A DNA stretch of 58,106 nucleotides, taken from the NCBI GenBank assembly GCA_964607485.1, contig CAZSKP010000007.1, forward strand, positions 1-58,106, in the 5' to 3' direction. This DNA comes from an uncultured bacterium. GTDB taxonomy: Bacteria; Abyssobacteria; SURF-5. This document shows positions 36,831 through 45,685 of the stretch, one piece after another. Position 1 is the stretch's first letter. Every line of letters starts with the position of its first letter. A program made the position numbers and the translations under genes. The notes beneath the pieces were generated by a model. It was not told the DNA's origin and made no database searches. It saw nothing but the letters and a program-made list of their open reading frames with translations.

Positions 36831-37634
36831 ATGGGCAAGGTACTGACCCGGAAAGAGGACAAGATATTCATCATCACCATCAACAGGCCGGAGGTGCGCA
36901 ACTGCGTTGACGGCGAGACGGCGGCGCTGCTCGAGAAGGCGTGGAAGAGGTTCCGTGACGACGAAGAGCTTTACGTCGCGATCCTGACTGGCGCGGGCGA
37001 CGTGGCGTTCTGCGCGGGGGCGGACCTGAGGAATCTGACCACGCTGGGCCCGGGGCCGGAGGCCAGCCGCCACGAGAGGCGGCAGTTCATCACGAACGGC
37101 CCGGGCTACATGGGGTACACGCGGCAGGTGGACATCTACAAGCCCATCATCGCGGCGGTGAACGGCTACGCGCTTGCGGGCGGGCTCGAGCTGTCGTGCC
37201 TGGCCGACATCCGCATCGCGGCGGAGAACGCCGAGTTCGGCGTGGCGTGCAGGAGATGGAACGTGCCGCTTCTGGACGGAGGCACCCAGCGGCTCCCTCG
37301 CATCGTCGGCATGGGCCGCGCAATGGAGATGATTGTCACCGGCAGGTTCATCGACGCGCAGGAGGCCCTCCGCATCGGGCTGGCGAACGAGGTCGTGCCG
37401 AAGGGCCAGTCCCTCAAACGCGCGAAGGAGCTGGCGGCTGAGGTCTGCAAGCTGCCCCAGGGCGCGCTTCGGACCGACAAGCAGGCGGCGCTGATGGGAT
37501 ACGGCCGTCCGCTCGAAGAAGGGCTGCGCATCGAGGCCGAGGTGGGCCAGACCGTGCTCGACAGCTACGACATCGTCGAGGGCTCGAGCGCCTTCATCCA
37601 GAAACGGAAAGCCACGTTCAAACAGGACAGTTGA
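36831..37634 (+). CDS. Enoyl-CoA hydratase/isomerase (crotonase) family protein
   Basis: INRPEVRN, AFCAGADL, KPIIAAVNGYALAGGLE, DGGTQRLPR. Confidence 0.95.
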   Translation: MGKVLTRKEDKIFIITINRPEVRNCVDGETAALLEKAWKRFRDDEELYVAILTGAGDVAFCAGADLRNLTTLGPGPEASRHERRQFITNGPGYMGYTRQVDIYKPIIAAVNGYALAGGLELSCLADIRIAAENAEFGVACRRWNVPLLDGGTQRLPRIVGMGRAMEMIVTGRFIDAQEALRIGLANEVVPKGQSLKRAKELAAEVCKLPQGALRTDKQAALMGYGRPLEEGLRIEAEVGQTVLDSYDIVEGSSAFIQKRKATFKQDS

Positions 37635-37648
37635 TAATTCGATAATTC

Positions 37649-37779
37649 GGGGACATAGTGATTTGGGTGCATAATACTATTTTTTTCGATGGCGAGCATA
37701 GGCGCATTTTCCGGAAAGATGCGCGAATAGTGCCATCGTAGCTCATCTCTGCCGACGAAAAAATAGTATTATGTCCCCA
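37649..37779. repeat. Nested-palindrome MITE/REP-like element
   Basis: tgggtgcataatactatttttttcg (37664-37688) / cgaaaaaatagtattatgtcccca (37756-37779); inner hairpins; extra ggggacata end at 37649. Confidence 0.7.
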
Positions 37780-37791
37780 GATTAGGAGACA

Positions 37792-39945
37792 ATGAACCAT
37801 CGTTTCAAGAATGACTTCAGGCTGTTCTGGGTAAGCGTACTGCTGCTTTTCCTCGAACTGCTCATCATCAGGTGGCTGTCGGCGGAGTTGCGCATCTTCG
37901 CCTACTTCCACAATCTCGTGCTCATCGTCTGCTTCCTCGGCATCGGCCTGGGATGCGCCCGCCCTGAGAGAACGGCCAGCTTCATGGCCACGCTGGGCAT
38001 ATTGGCCGCGCTCGTGTTCTTCATCTACTGCCCCGTTAACCTGGGAATCTTTTCCGTCAGGAACATAACGGCGTATCTCGGCAACCTGAAGGATTTCGTC
38101 ATATGGTATCAGAAGGTCTCGGCGGGCGGGAGAAGGGTATGGGAGATTGTGCTGGGAGTTGCGATGCTCGGTCTGCTGACCGTGGGCATCGTGTATCTGT
38201 TCGTGCCGTTCGGGCAGCTGCTGGGTCAGCTTCTCAATGAGAGCGACAGGCCGCTCAGGGCCTACTCGATAAACATTCTGGGCAGCCTCGCCGGCATCCT
38301 GCTTTTCACCCTGCTCTCCCTGTTCTCATCCCCGCCGCCGACCTGGTTCGCCATCCTCTTCGTCTTTGTCCTCGTCGTTTTGTTCACCGAGGGAGAAAGG
38401 AAGCTGCTGCTGCCATCGGTGGTGCTGATGGGAATCACCATGGCGCTCCTGCTCTGGCGCGGGGACCTCGCCATGCGGGGTGACGGGAGGGAAGAGATAT
38501 GGTCGCCGTACCAGAAGCTGGAGATTGTGCCGCTGGACGTTCGAGAAGACTCAACAACGATCAGGGTGGGGTATGTAATTGATGTGAACAGCGTGCCCTA
38601 CCAGCAGGCGGTCAACCTGTCGTATGAGTTCGTCAACTCCAACCCGCGCATATACGGTTTCCGCAGTCCGGAGCTGGTTAAATTCGACCACTACAACCTG
38701 CCGTATCTGTTCGGGAAGGAGCTGGATGACGTGCTGATAGTCGGGGCGGGCGCGGGCAACGACGCCGCCGGCGCTCTGCGGAACGGCGCGAAACACGTGG
38801 ACGCGGTCGAAATCGACCCGGTCATAATCAAGATCGGCAAGAAGCTGCATCCCGAGCAGCCATATTCGTCCGAGCGGGTCGACATAATAAACGACGATGC
38901 CCGCTCTTTTTTTCACAAGACAAAAAAGCGCTACGACCTGGTCGTCTTCGGATTGCTCGATTCCCATACGTTGTCATCCAATCTCTCGAACGTCAGGCTC
39001 GACAATTACGTCTATACTCTCCAGAGCATCCGGGAGGCAAAGCGCCTGCTCAAGCCCGGAGGCGTGCTCGTCCTCATCTTCGATGTCAAGGACGAGTTCA
39101 TAGGGCAAAGCTTGTTCGAAATCATGGAAGAGGCGTTCGATTCGCCTCCGCTATGTTTCAAGTTGGAGGACACCATTCGCGGCTGGGGAGGCCGGGTCTT
39201 CGTCGAGGGCGATCCGAACACCATCTCGAACACGATGGCGCGGTATCCGTTCCTGCGCACCCTCGTCGATAGGTCGTTCGCGGCCGCGGAGACAAAGACC
39301 AGCGTTCCCACCGACGACTGGCCCTATCTCTACCTGAGCGGCCGAAGCATCCCCTCGCTCTACTACATCATATTCGGACTGTTGATGCTGATTTCGGTGG
39401 CAATGGTCAGGCGCAGCTTCAGCGGGCTCAAGGGAATGGATTGGCATTTCTTCTTCTTGGGGGCAGGGTTCCTGTTGATAGAGGTGCAAAACGTGAGCAA
39501 GCTGGCGCTCCTGTTCGGCGCCACGTGGATTGTGAATTCGATTGTCATATCCGCCATCATGGTGATGATTCTGCTGGCCAACTACTACGTCTTCATCGTG
39601 AGCGTCAGGTCTCACGCGCCCTATTACGCGGGACTGGTCGGCACGCTGATTCTTCTGTACTTCTTTCCGCTCGGACGGCTGGCGGGCTTTTCCCTCGTTC
39701 CGAAGGCCGCAGTCTCCGGCATCCTGTTGTCGCTGCCGGTCTTCTTCGCGGGAATCATCTTCGCGTATTCCTTCCGCACGTCGAAGGAACTGAATAAAGC
39801 TTTCGCATCCAACCTCATCGGCGCGATGCTGGGCGGAATGCTGGAGTGCATGTCGTTCGTCGTGGGCATCAAAGGGCTCCTGCTGCTGGCGCTCCTGCTG
39901 TACGTGTTCTCCTATGCTGCGCTGAGAGAACGGGCGAAAGCGTAA
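37792..39945 (+). CDS. Polytopic membrane protein fused to a spermidine-synthase-like class I SAM-dependent domain
   Basis: LFLELLIIRW, WSPYQK, VLIVGAGAGND, AVEIDP, NDDAR, LLDSH, PTDDWPYLY, NLIGAMLGG. Confidence 0.87.
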   Translation: MNHRFKNDFRLFWVSVLLLFLELLIIRWLSAELRIFAYFHNLVLIVCFLGIGLGCARPERTASFMATLGILAALVFFIYCPVNLGIFSVRNITAYLGNLKDFVIWYQKVSAGGRRVWEIVLGVAMLGLLTVGIVYLFVPFGQLLGQLLNESDRPLRAYSINILGSLAGILLFTLLSLFSSPPPTWFAILFVFVLVVLFTEGERKLLLPSVVLMGITMALLLWRGDLAMRGDGREEIWSPYQKLEIVPLDVREDSTTIRVGYVIDVNSVPYQQAVNLSYEFVNSNPRIYGFRSPELVKFDHYNLPYLFGKELDDVLIVGAGAGNDAAGALRNGAKHVDAVEIDPVIIKIGKKLHPEQPYSSERVDIINDDARSFFHKTKKRYDLVVFGLLDSHTLSSNLSNVRLDNYVYTLQSIREAKRLLKPGGVLVLIFDVKDEFIGQSLFEIMEEAFDSPPLCFKLEDTIRGWGGRVFVEGDPNTISNTMARYPFLRTLVDRSFAAAETKTSVPTDDWPYLYLSGRSIPSLYYIIFGLLMLISVAMVRRSFSGLKGMDWHFFFLGAGFLLIEVQNVSKLALLFGATWIVNSIVISAIMVMILLANYYVFIVSVRSHAPYYAGLVGTLILLYFFPLGRLAGFSLVPKAAVSGILLSLPVFFAGIIFAYSFRTSKELNKAFASNLIGAMLGGMLECMSFVVGIKGLLLLALLLYVFSYAALRERAKA

Positions 39946-40179
39946 CTGCGAAGCGTATATCCGTCCCCTTCAACTGAGAAATCTTCCGAAGGCCCGGCTG
40001 TGTCCCCTCCATCGACGGCGAAAACGCGTCGCCGAGAAAAAAAGTTTCAACAATCCAAAAAAAGAGCGAAACACGGTTGCCTTTTCCCGAGAACGATTGA
40101 ATAATGAGAGAAAAGTCGCGACGCAAGACAAGCCGATTCATGCGGCGAGAGGAGAGCCGCGACGGCAGGAGTAGGGAAG

Positions 40180-40428
40180 ATGATGAAGACATCAAGCGCT
40201 CAGGTTTTCCATGTGGTTAAGTGTTGGCACTGTGGAAGACAGTTTGACCTGCTCGGGGCAATGTGGTGCGGCTGCGGGGCGAGAGTTGACCGTCCATCCA
40301 AAATGTGTCCGTATTGCTTCCAGTGTATCTGCCTCCATCCCGACTACAATAACGAGGCGCTGTGGGGCAGTCCGCCTCGGTATTTGAAACAGCACGGATT
40401 CGACAAGCTGTTCTACCTGTACCTGTAG
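40180..40428 (+). CDS. Small Cys-rich (putative Zn-binding) protein
   Basis: AGGAG/GGGAAG upstream; CWHC...WCGC...CPYCFQCIC; candidate promoter TTGCCT, 17 bp, AATAAT at 40077-40105. Confidence 0.7.
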   Translation: MMKTSSAQVFHVVKCWHCGRQFDLLGAMWCGCGARVDRPSKMCPYCFQCICLHPDYNNEALWGSPPRYLKQHGFDKLFYLYL

Positions 40429-40490
40429 AAGCCTGCAACGCAACGCAAAGCCTACACCCAATCCGGTGAGGGTCCCCTCGGAGATAAGAC

Positions 40491-41783
40491 ATGAAAACGA
40501 AAGATGTCCTCGCTGTCGTTCTCGCAGGTGGCGCCGGAAAGAGGCTGTATCCCTTGACCAGAGACCGCGCGAAGCCGGCGGTGCCTTTCGGAGGGATGTA
40601 CCGTCTGATAGATTTCACGCTGAGCAACGCCATAAATTCAGGTATCCGAAAGATATTCGTCCTCTCGCAGTACAAGTCCGATTCGCTTCACAGACATATT
40701 CAGTTCGGCTGGAACATCTTTAATCCCGCACTTAACGAGTTCCTTTTTCTCCTCCCTCCGCAGCAGAGGATAAGCGAGGAGTGGTACACTGGCACGGCAT
40801 CGGCGGTGCACCAGAATCTGTACTCCATCAGGAGCATCGGCCCGAAATATGTGCTCATACTCTCGGCCGACCACGTGTACAAGATGGATTATTCGAAGCT
40901 GCTCGACTACCATGAAGAAGTCGGGGCCGACCTGACCGTGGGCGCGATAGAGGTCGCTCTTGAGGAGGCCCACCGGTTCGGGATACTCCGGGTTGACGAC
41001 GAATACCGCATAACCGGTTTCATGGAGAAACCGAAGGCCCTGGCAGACGAGCACTTCAACGGCAGCCGGCCGATGGGCTCGATGGGCATATACGTGTTCA
41101 ATACCGACGCTCTCTTCGATGCTCTGGAGGCGGATTCCGAAGAGGAAACGGACCACGACTTCGGCAAGAACATCATCCCCTCGATGCTGGGCTCGCATCG
41201 GGTGTGCGCGTATCCTTTCAGGGATGAAAACAGGAAAGAGGCGGAATACTGGAGGGACGTGGGCACGCTCGATTCCTATTGGGAAGCCAACATGGACCTC
41301 GTGTCGGTTGACCCGTTGTTCAACCTGTACGATGCGCACTGGCCCATCAGAACGTATCAGGGACAGTATCCCCCGGCCAAGACCGTTTTCGCCGGCGGCG
41401 ACGACGGGAAACGAGTCGGGCTGGTCCTGGACTCGATGATCTCGAACGGCTGCATCATCAGCGGCGGAAGGGTACAAGATTCGGTGCTTTCCCCCGGCGT
41501 CAAGATTAACAGCTATTCGGAGGTTTACGAATCCGTCCTGATGGACGGGGTGCAGATAGGCCGCTATGCAAGAATACGCCGCGCGATCATCGACAAGCGC
41601 GTACTCGTGCCGGCCGGCACGGTGATAGGTTACGACCTCGAGCGGGACAGCGAGCGCTTCACTGTGTCGGATAAGGGCATCGTGGTCATCCCGAAAGGGA
41701 CGATTCTTCCTCCTGCGCCGACGATGGCCGTTCCGGAAAGGCGAAGAAAGGTTTTCGAGAACTCGGGCGCGCCGCTTGCCTGA
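40491..41783 (+). CDS. glgC: Glucose-1-phosphate adenylyltransferase
   Basis: LAGGAGKRLYPLTRDRAKPAVPFGG, WYTGTA, DHVYKMDY, SMGIYVF, DFGKNIIP, YWRDVGT. Confidence 0.98.
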   Translation: MKTKDVLAVVLAGGAGKRLYPLTRDRAKPAVPFGGMYRLIDFTLSNAINSGIRKIFVLSQYKSDSLHRHIQFGWNIFNPALNEFLFLLPPQQRISEEWYTGTASAVHQNLYSIRSIGPKYVLILSADHVYKMDYSKLLDYHEEVGADLTVGAIEVALEEAHRFGILRVDDEYRITGFMEKPKALADEHFNGSRPMGSMGIYVFNTDALFDALEADSEEETDHDFGKNIIPSMLGSHRVCAYPFRDENRKEAEYWRDVGTLDSYWEANMDLVSVDPLFNLYDAHWPIRTYQGQYPPAKTVFAGGDDGKRVGLVLDSMISNGCIISGGRVQDSVLSPGVKINSYSEVYESVLMDGVQIGRYARIRRAIIDKRVLVPAGTVIGYDLERDSERFTVSDKGIVVIPKGTILPPAPTMAVPERRRKVFENSGAPLA

Positions 41784-41909
41784 GCGACGGCACAGGTAAA
41801 TCTTGAATCCCCTTTTTATCCGGACGCCGTGGGTGGAAGCGGGGGAAATTCCAGCGAAAAAAGCGTCGTCAGAGGCGTCCGGTAGTGGCCGGGCCCGTCC
41901 CTTCCTGTA

Positions 41910-43358
41910 TCATTCCGGCGGGTGTGCAACCTCGATCGTGACCGACACGTCCGGAGTCTTGTCGTCGGCAAATCTGGCGTCCTCGGGCAGAATCAGCTTC
42001 GGAGTCAGCTTGGCAGTCTCGGTTATCTTGCTGAGGTCGATTGGTTCGGTCATAACTTTCAGCGTACCGCTGGAGAGTTTGCTTGGCACCAAGACCGGGA
42101 CCGACTCCGGAGACACTGTGATCTTTACCCCTGCCGGAGCGTTTCCCACGCGGCCGACCGTCTGCACTTTGACGGGCAGGTTGAATGGTATCATTTGATA
42201 GGCGATGAGTTTTATCTTGTCCGGCTCGATGCCGAGGACCGAGAGGCTCGAGGGGCGGCGGACCATGTCGCTGGAGAGCTCGACCTGCTGAGCGCCGTCC
42301 TTGATCGTTGACATATCCAGAGTTACCTTCAGTGTGCGCACGTCCAGCAGATCGAATGCGCGCGCCCTTCCCAGCAGGGTGATGGTGGCTTCCTTCGGCT
42401 TGGGCTCTTCGATCACCCAATCCGACGCAAGGTTGCGATATTCGATTGGAACGACGAAATCGCGCCGGACGGTGCCCGTTTCAAACACAAACACGAGCCA
42501 GAGCGCGCATGCGAGGGCGACAGCCAGCGCCTTCTCGCGCGAATTCTCTCTTACCCAGTGTCGCCACGTTCTTTCGCTCCTTTTCGGGAATTTCTCGAGA
42601 TAGAATCGCTCCAGCGCCACCTGAAGTTTGGAGGGGTCTTTCACCTCTCTGAGTCTTTCCTGCTGGGCCAGCGATATCGTCCCGCGTTCCTCCGACACGA
42701 CGATGCACAGCGCGTCGGAGCGCTCGGCCAGCCCCAGCGCCGCGCTGTGACGCGTTCCCAGATTGCCCAGCTTCTTCATGTCGACCGACAACGGCAGATG
42801 ACATCCGAACCTGGTCAGCCGTCCCTGTTCGATGACGACGGCGCCGTCGTGACCGATCGAATGAGGGTCGAAGAGGCTCTCCAGAAGGGCTTTGCTGAGG
42901 CGGCCGTCCAGGTCGATTCCGCCCTCAAGGTGGCGGCCCAACGGGTCCTTTCCCCGAATGACGACCAGAGCACCGACTTTCTTTCGCGCGAGCTCGGTGA
43001 GCGCGCTCGTGAGGATGTCGATTTCGGAATGTTCCGAAGAGGAGCCTTCGCGATTGCTGAACGCGCTCCAGATGCTCAGGCGTTCGAAAAAGCGTCGGAG
43101 CTCCTCCTGGAATATGATCACGAGCGCGATAAGCAGGATTGCGAAAAACGCCTGCAATACGACGGCGGTCAGGTACATCTGGAAAAACCGCGCGATGATA
43201 TATACGATGCCCAGGATGAAGATACCGAGGAGCACGAATCTGGAGGCGGTCGCCTTGAACCATATGAGGATAACGTAAATCAGCACCGAGATTATCGCGA
43301 TGTCGAAAAAATCGGCTATCCTGAATGTCTGGAACAGCTGGGTGAAGAAGTGTGTCAT
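41910..43358 (-). CDS. cdaA: Diadenylate cyclase (CdaA/DisA_N) fused to YbbR (CdaR-like) domains
   Basis: 3 N-terminal TM, IFQEELRR, HDGAV, GTRHSAA, VSEERG, then TM and YbbR-like repeats. Confidence 0.9.
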   Translation of the reverse strand: MTHFFTQLFQTFRIADFFDIAIISVLIYVILIWFKATASRFVLLGIFILGIVYIIARFFQMYLTAVVLQAFFAILLIALVIIFQEELRRFFERLSIWSAFSNREGSSSEHSEIDILTSALTELARKKVGALVVIRGKDPLGRHLEGGIDLDGRLSKALLESLFDPHSIGHDGAVVIEQGRLTRFGCHLPLSVDMKKLGNLGTRHSAALGLAERSDALCIVVSEERGTISLAQQERLREVKDPSKLQVALERFYLEKFPKRSERTWRHWVRENSREKALAVALACALWLVFVFETGTVRRDFVVPIEYRNLASDWVIEEPKPKEATITLLGRARAFDLLDVRTLKVTLDMSTIKDGAQQVELSSDMVRRPSSLSVLGIEPDKIKLIAYQMIPFNLPVKVQTVGRVGNAPAGVKITVSPESVPVLVPSKLSSGTLKVMTEPIDLSKITETAKLTPKLILPEDARFADDKTPDVSVTIEVAHPPE

Positions 43359-43610
43359 GGAAATTCAAACCCCTTCGGCGCCGGTTCTGTGCGGCATCGC
43401 AATCGAAACGTCTAGCACAAGATTGTCATGAGAGCCCGCATGTCGGCAAGAGGCCGCAGCCGCACCGATAGACACCCGCGTCCATCGCACCTACTAGGAT
43501 ACCACAAAGGCTTCCAATAGAGCATATAATTGATTTCCCGGTTCCGGAATGGTAGAATCTGTTTCGGTTGTCCAAGGAAATGCAGTTGTCGTTTCACGAA
43601 GGAGCGAGTC

Positions 43611-43823
43611 ATGACAGCAAAGACCACGTTTTTCCTGCTCGGAGTATTTGTGGGCGCGGCCGTTCCGCTGATTGTGAAGGCGGTCAGACCGTTGGGCGCC
43701 TACGCACTGGCGGGCGGGATGATTGCATACGAAGCCGTGTGCGAGGCGGTTGAGAGTTCGGGAGAGGCGCTTTCGGCTTCGATCAGAAGAGCTCGCTACG
43801 GCTCGGACGACACATCGGATTGA
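43611..43823 (+). CDS. Small membrane-anchored protein, DUF5132-like
   Basis: AAGGAG RBS; FLLGVFVGAAVPL...VRPL...GGMIAYE...E..E pattern; promoter TTGATT, 17 bp, TAGAAT at 43530-43558. Confidence 0.62.
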   Translation: MTAKTTFFLLGVFVGAAVPLIVKAVRPLGAYALAGGMIAYEAVCEAVESSGEALSASIRRARYGSDDTSD

Positions 43824-43896
43824 TGAACCACGAGGGAAGTGAGCCATCGCGGTCGAACCGCTTCGGGCTCACAACGAAGAAAGGTGAGAAACACTC

Positions 43897-44985
43897 ATGG
43901 CGTACGAATTGTTAATGAAACCGCTCACGATAAAGAAGACCACGTTCCCCAACAGGGTCGTTTTGCCGCCTCTCCAGACGAACTACGCGACCGACGACGG
44001 CGAGGCGACGGAACGTCTCATAAGATTTCATGAAACCATCGCGCGAAACAACGTCGGGCTGTCAATCGTGGGCGCCACAGGCATATCGCCCTACTCACGG
44101 CTCGGAGGCCACAGCTTCTGTCTATATGAGGACCGGCACATCTCCTCGGCGCGGAAGCTCTTCGACGCGATAAGAAACGCCGGCTCCGTTCCCGCCGTCC
44201 AGCTCAACCATGGCGGCCGCGCCCTGTCGAAGCGACTCGCGGGCGGCGACGTCGTCGGGCCTTCCGCGATACCCTCACCCGCGACGGGAGTCGTTCCTCG
44301 GGAGCTTTCGTCTAAAGAGGTCGAAGAGATAATCGGACAATTCGTCCGCTCCGCCGAAGCCGCCAAGAGCGCGGGAGCGGCGATGGTCGAGTTCCATGGC
44401 GCGCACAGTTATCTGCTCAACCAGTTCCTGTCGCCCGCGGCGAATCAAAGGAACGACGAATACGGCGGCAGCACCGAGAACCGCGCGCACATAGTGCGGG
44501 AGATTCTCCGAAGGGCGCGCGAGAGGGTCGGCAACGATTTCGTTCTCGGGCTGAGGATGAGCGTGGAGGAATTCGTCGATGGGGGACTCACGGTCGAGGA
44601 AAGCCGCACGATGGTGAAGATGTTCATTGAGGACGGCCTCGACATTATCCATGTGTCCGGGGGCGGGATGGATTCCGGCCCGCGGATGCTACAAGAAGCC
44701 GCGCAGGGCAACGTCGTCAAGCTCGCGGGCGAGGTGAAGAAGGACGTGAACATACCTGTGATAGCGGTGGGCGGCATACTCCGGCTCGAACAGGCAGAGC
44801 GCGCGCTCGAAGACGGACTGGCGGACATGGTCGCCATCGGCCGCGCCCTGGTAGCTGACCCCGAGCTCGTCACGAAGTCGCTCGCGGGCAAGCCGGAGGA
44901 CGTGGTCGAATGCACCGGCTGCCTGCAATGCTTCATCGAAGGCGAACAGCCGGGCATCACCTGCTCCGTGAACGAAAGCCTGTGA
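43897..44985 (+). CDS. NADH:flavin oxidoreductase (Old Yellow Enzyme family) with C-terminal Fe-S Cys motif
   Basis: NRVVLPP, QLNHGGR, EFHGAHSYLLNQFLSP, DEYGGSTENR, GRALVADP, CTGCLQC...C. Confidence 0.94.
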   Translation: MAYELLMKPLTIKKTTFPNRVVLPPLQTNYATDDGEATERLIRFHETIARNNVGLSIVGATGISPYSRLGGHSFCLYEDRHISSARKLFDAIRNAGSVPAVQLNHGGRALSKRLAGGDVVGPSAIPSPATGVVPRELSSKEVEEIIGQFVRSAEAAKSAGAAMVEFHGAHSYLLNQFLSPAANQRNDEYGGSTENRAHIVREILRRARERVGNDFVLGLRMSVEEFVDGGLTVEESRTMVKMFIEDGLDIIHVSGGGMDSGPRMLQEAAQGNVVKLAGEVKKDVNIPVIAVGGILRLEQAERALEDGLADMVAIGRALVADPELVTKSLAGKPEDVVECTGCLQCFIEGEQPGITCSVNESL

Positions 44986-45028
44986 CCGACCGATTTTCCG
45001 GCAGCGCGATGACCGCGAGAGGGAAACG

Positions 45029-45601
45029 ATGAGCAGAATACCCTATGCAAATATCGAGGAATCGCCCCAAAAGATCAAGGATTTTTTTGAAAAGCTGAGG
45101 TCGAGCGAGCTCGAGATTCTGAATGTCCACAGGATGGTGGCTCACAGCGACGCGTCCGTCCGCGAGTTCGTCAGGTTCGGAAGCAGGCTGCTGACCAAGC
45201 CGCGCCTGGAGCCACGGTTCCGGGAGCTTGCCATACTTCGAATCGCGCAACTGCACGGCGCGGGTTACGAATGGGCGCACCACGTGCCCATCGCGCTGCA
45301 GACCGGAGTGTCTCGGGAACAGATTAAAGACATCGGGAAGTGGAGCGAGTCGCCGCACTTCGCGGACGATGAGAAAGTCGTTCTCAAGTACACCGAAGAG
45401 GTCGTCCGAAACAACGAACCCGCGGATGATACCTTCACGGCTGCGTCGCGGTTCCTCGACTCCGCCGGCATCGTCGAGTTGACGCTCTCCATCGGGTTCT
45501 GGTGCATGGTAGCCAAGTTTCTGCGAACGTTTCGGGTTGATATCGAGGAAGACTTCGCGCGAAAGCATGCCGAGCTGTTCGACGACGTCGGGCGCATTTG
45601 A
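45029..45601 (+). CDS. CMD/AhpD-like family protein
   Basis: RELAILRIA, YEWAHH, IVELTLSIGFW. Confidence 0.87.
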   Translation: MSRIPYANIEESPQKIKDFFEKLRSSELEILNVHRMVAHSDASVREFVRFGSRLLTKPRLEPRFRELAILRIAQLHGAGYEWAHHVPIALQTGVSREQIKDIGKWSESPHFADDEKVVLKYTEEVVRNNEPADDTFTAASRFLDSAGIVELTLSIGFWCMVAKFLRTFRVDIEEDFARKHAELFDDVGRI

Positions 45602-45685
45602 CGCTTATCGACCAACCGGTTCTCTCTTTGCGCAAGAGAGCAACGAGGGAAACTCCCGGTTCGGCAGGTCCGAAAGGGGGCGGAT

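Noticed and set aside
40106-40179. c-di-GMP-I riboswitch (GACGCAA and hairpin-GACGGCAG words)
   Set aside because: Lacks the 5' GGCAAA/GNRA P2 and a closing P1 that I can pair. An Rfam scan would settle it.
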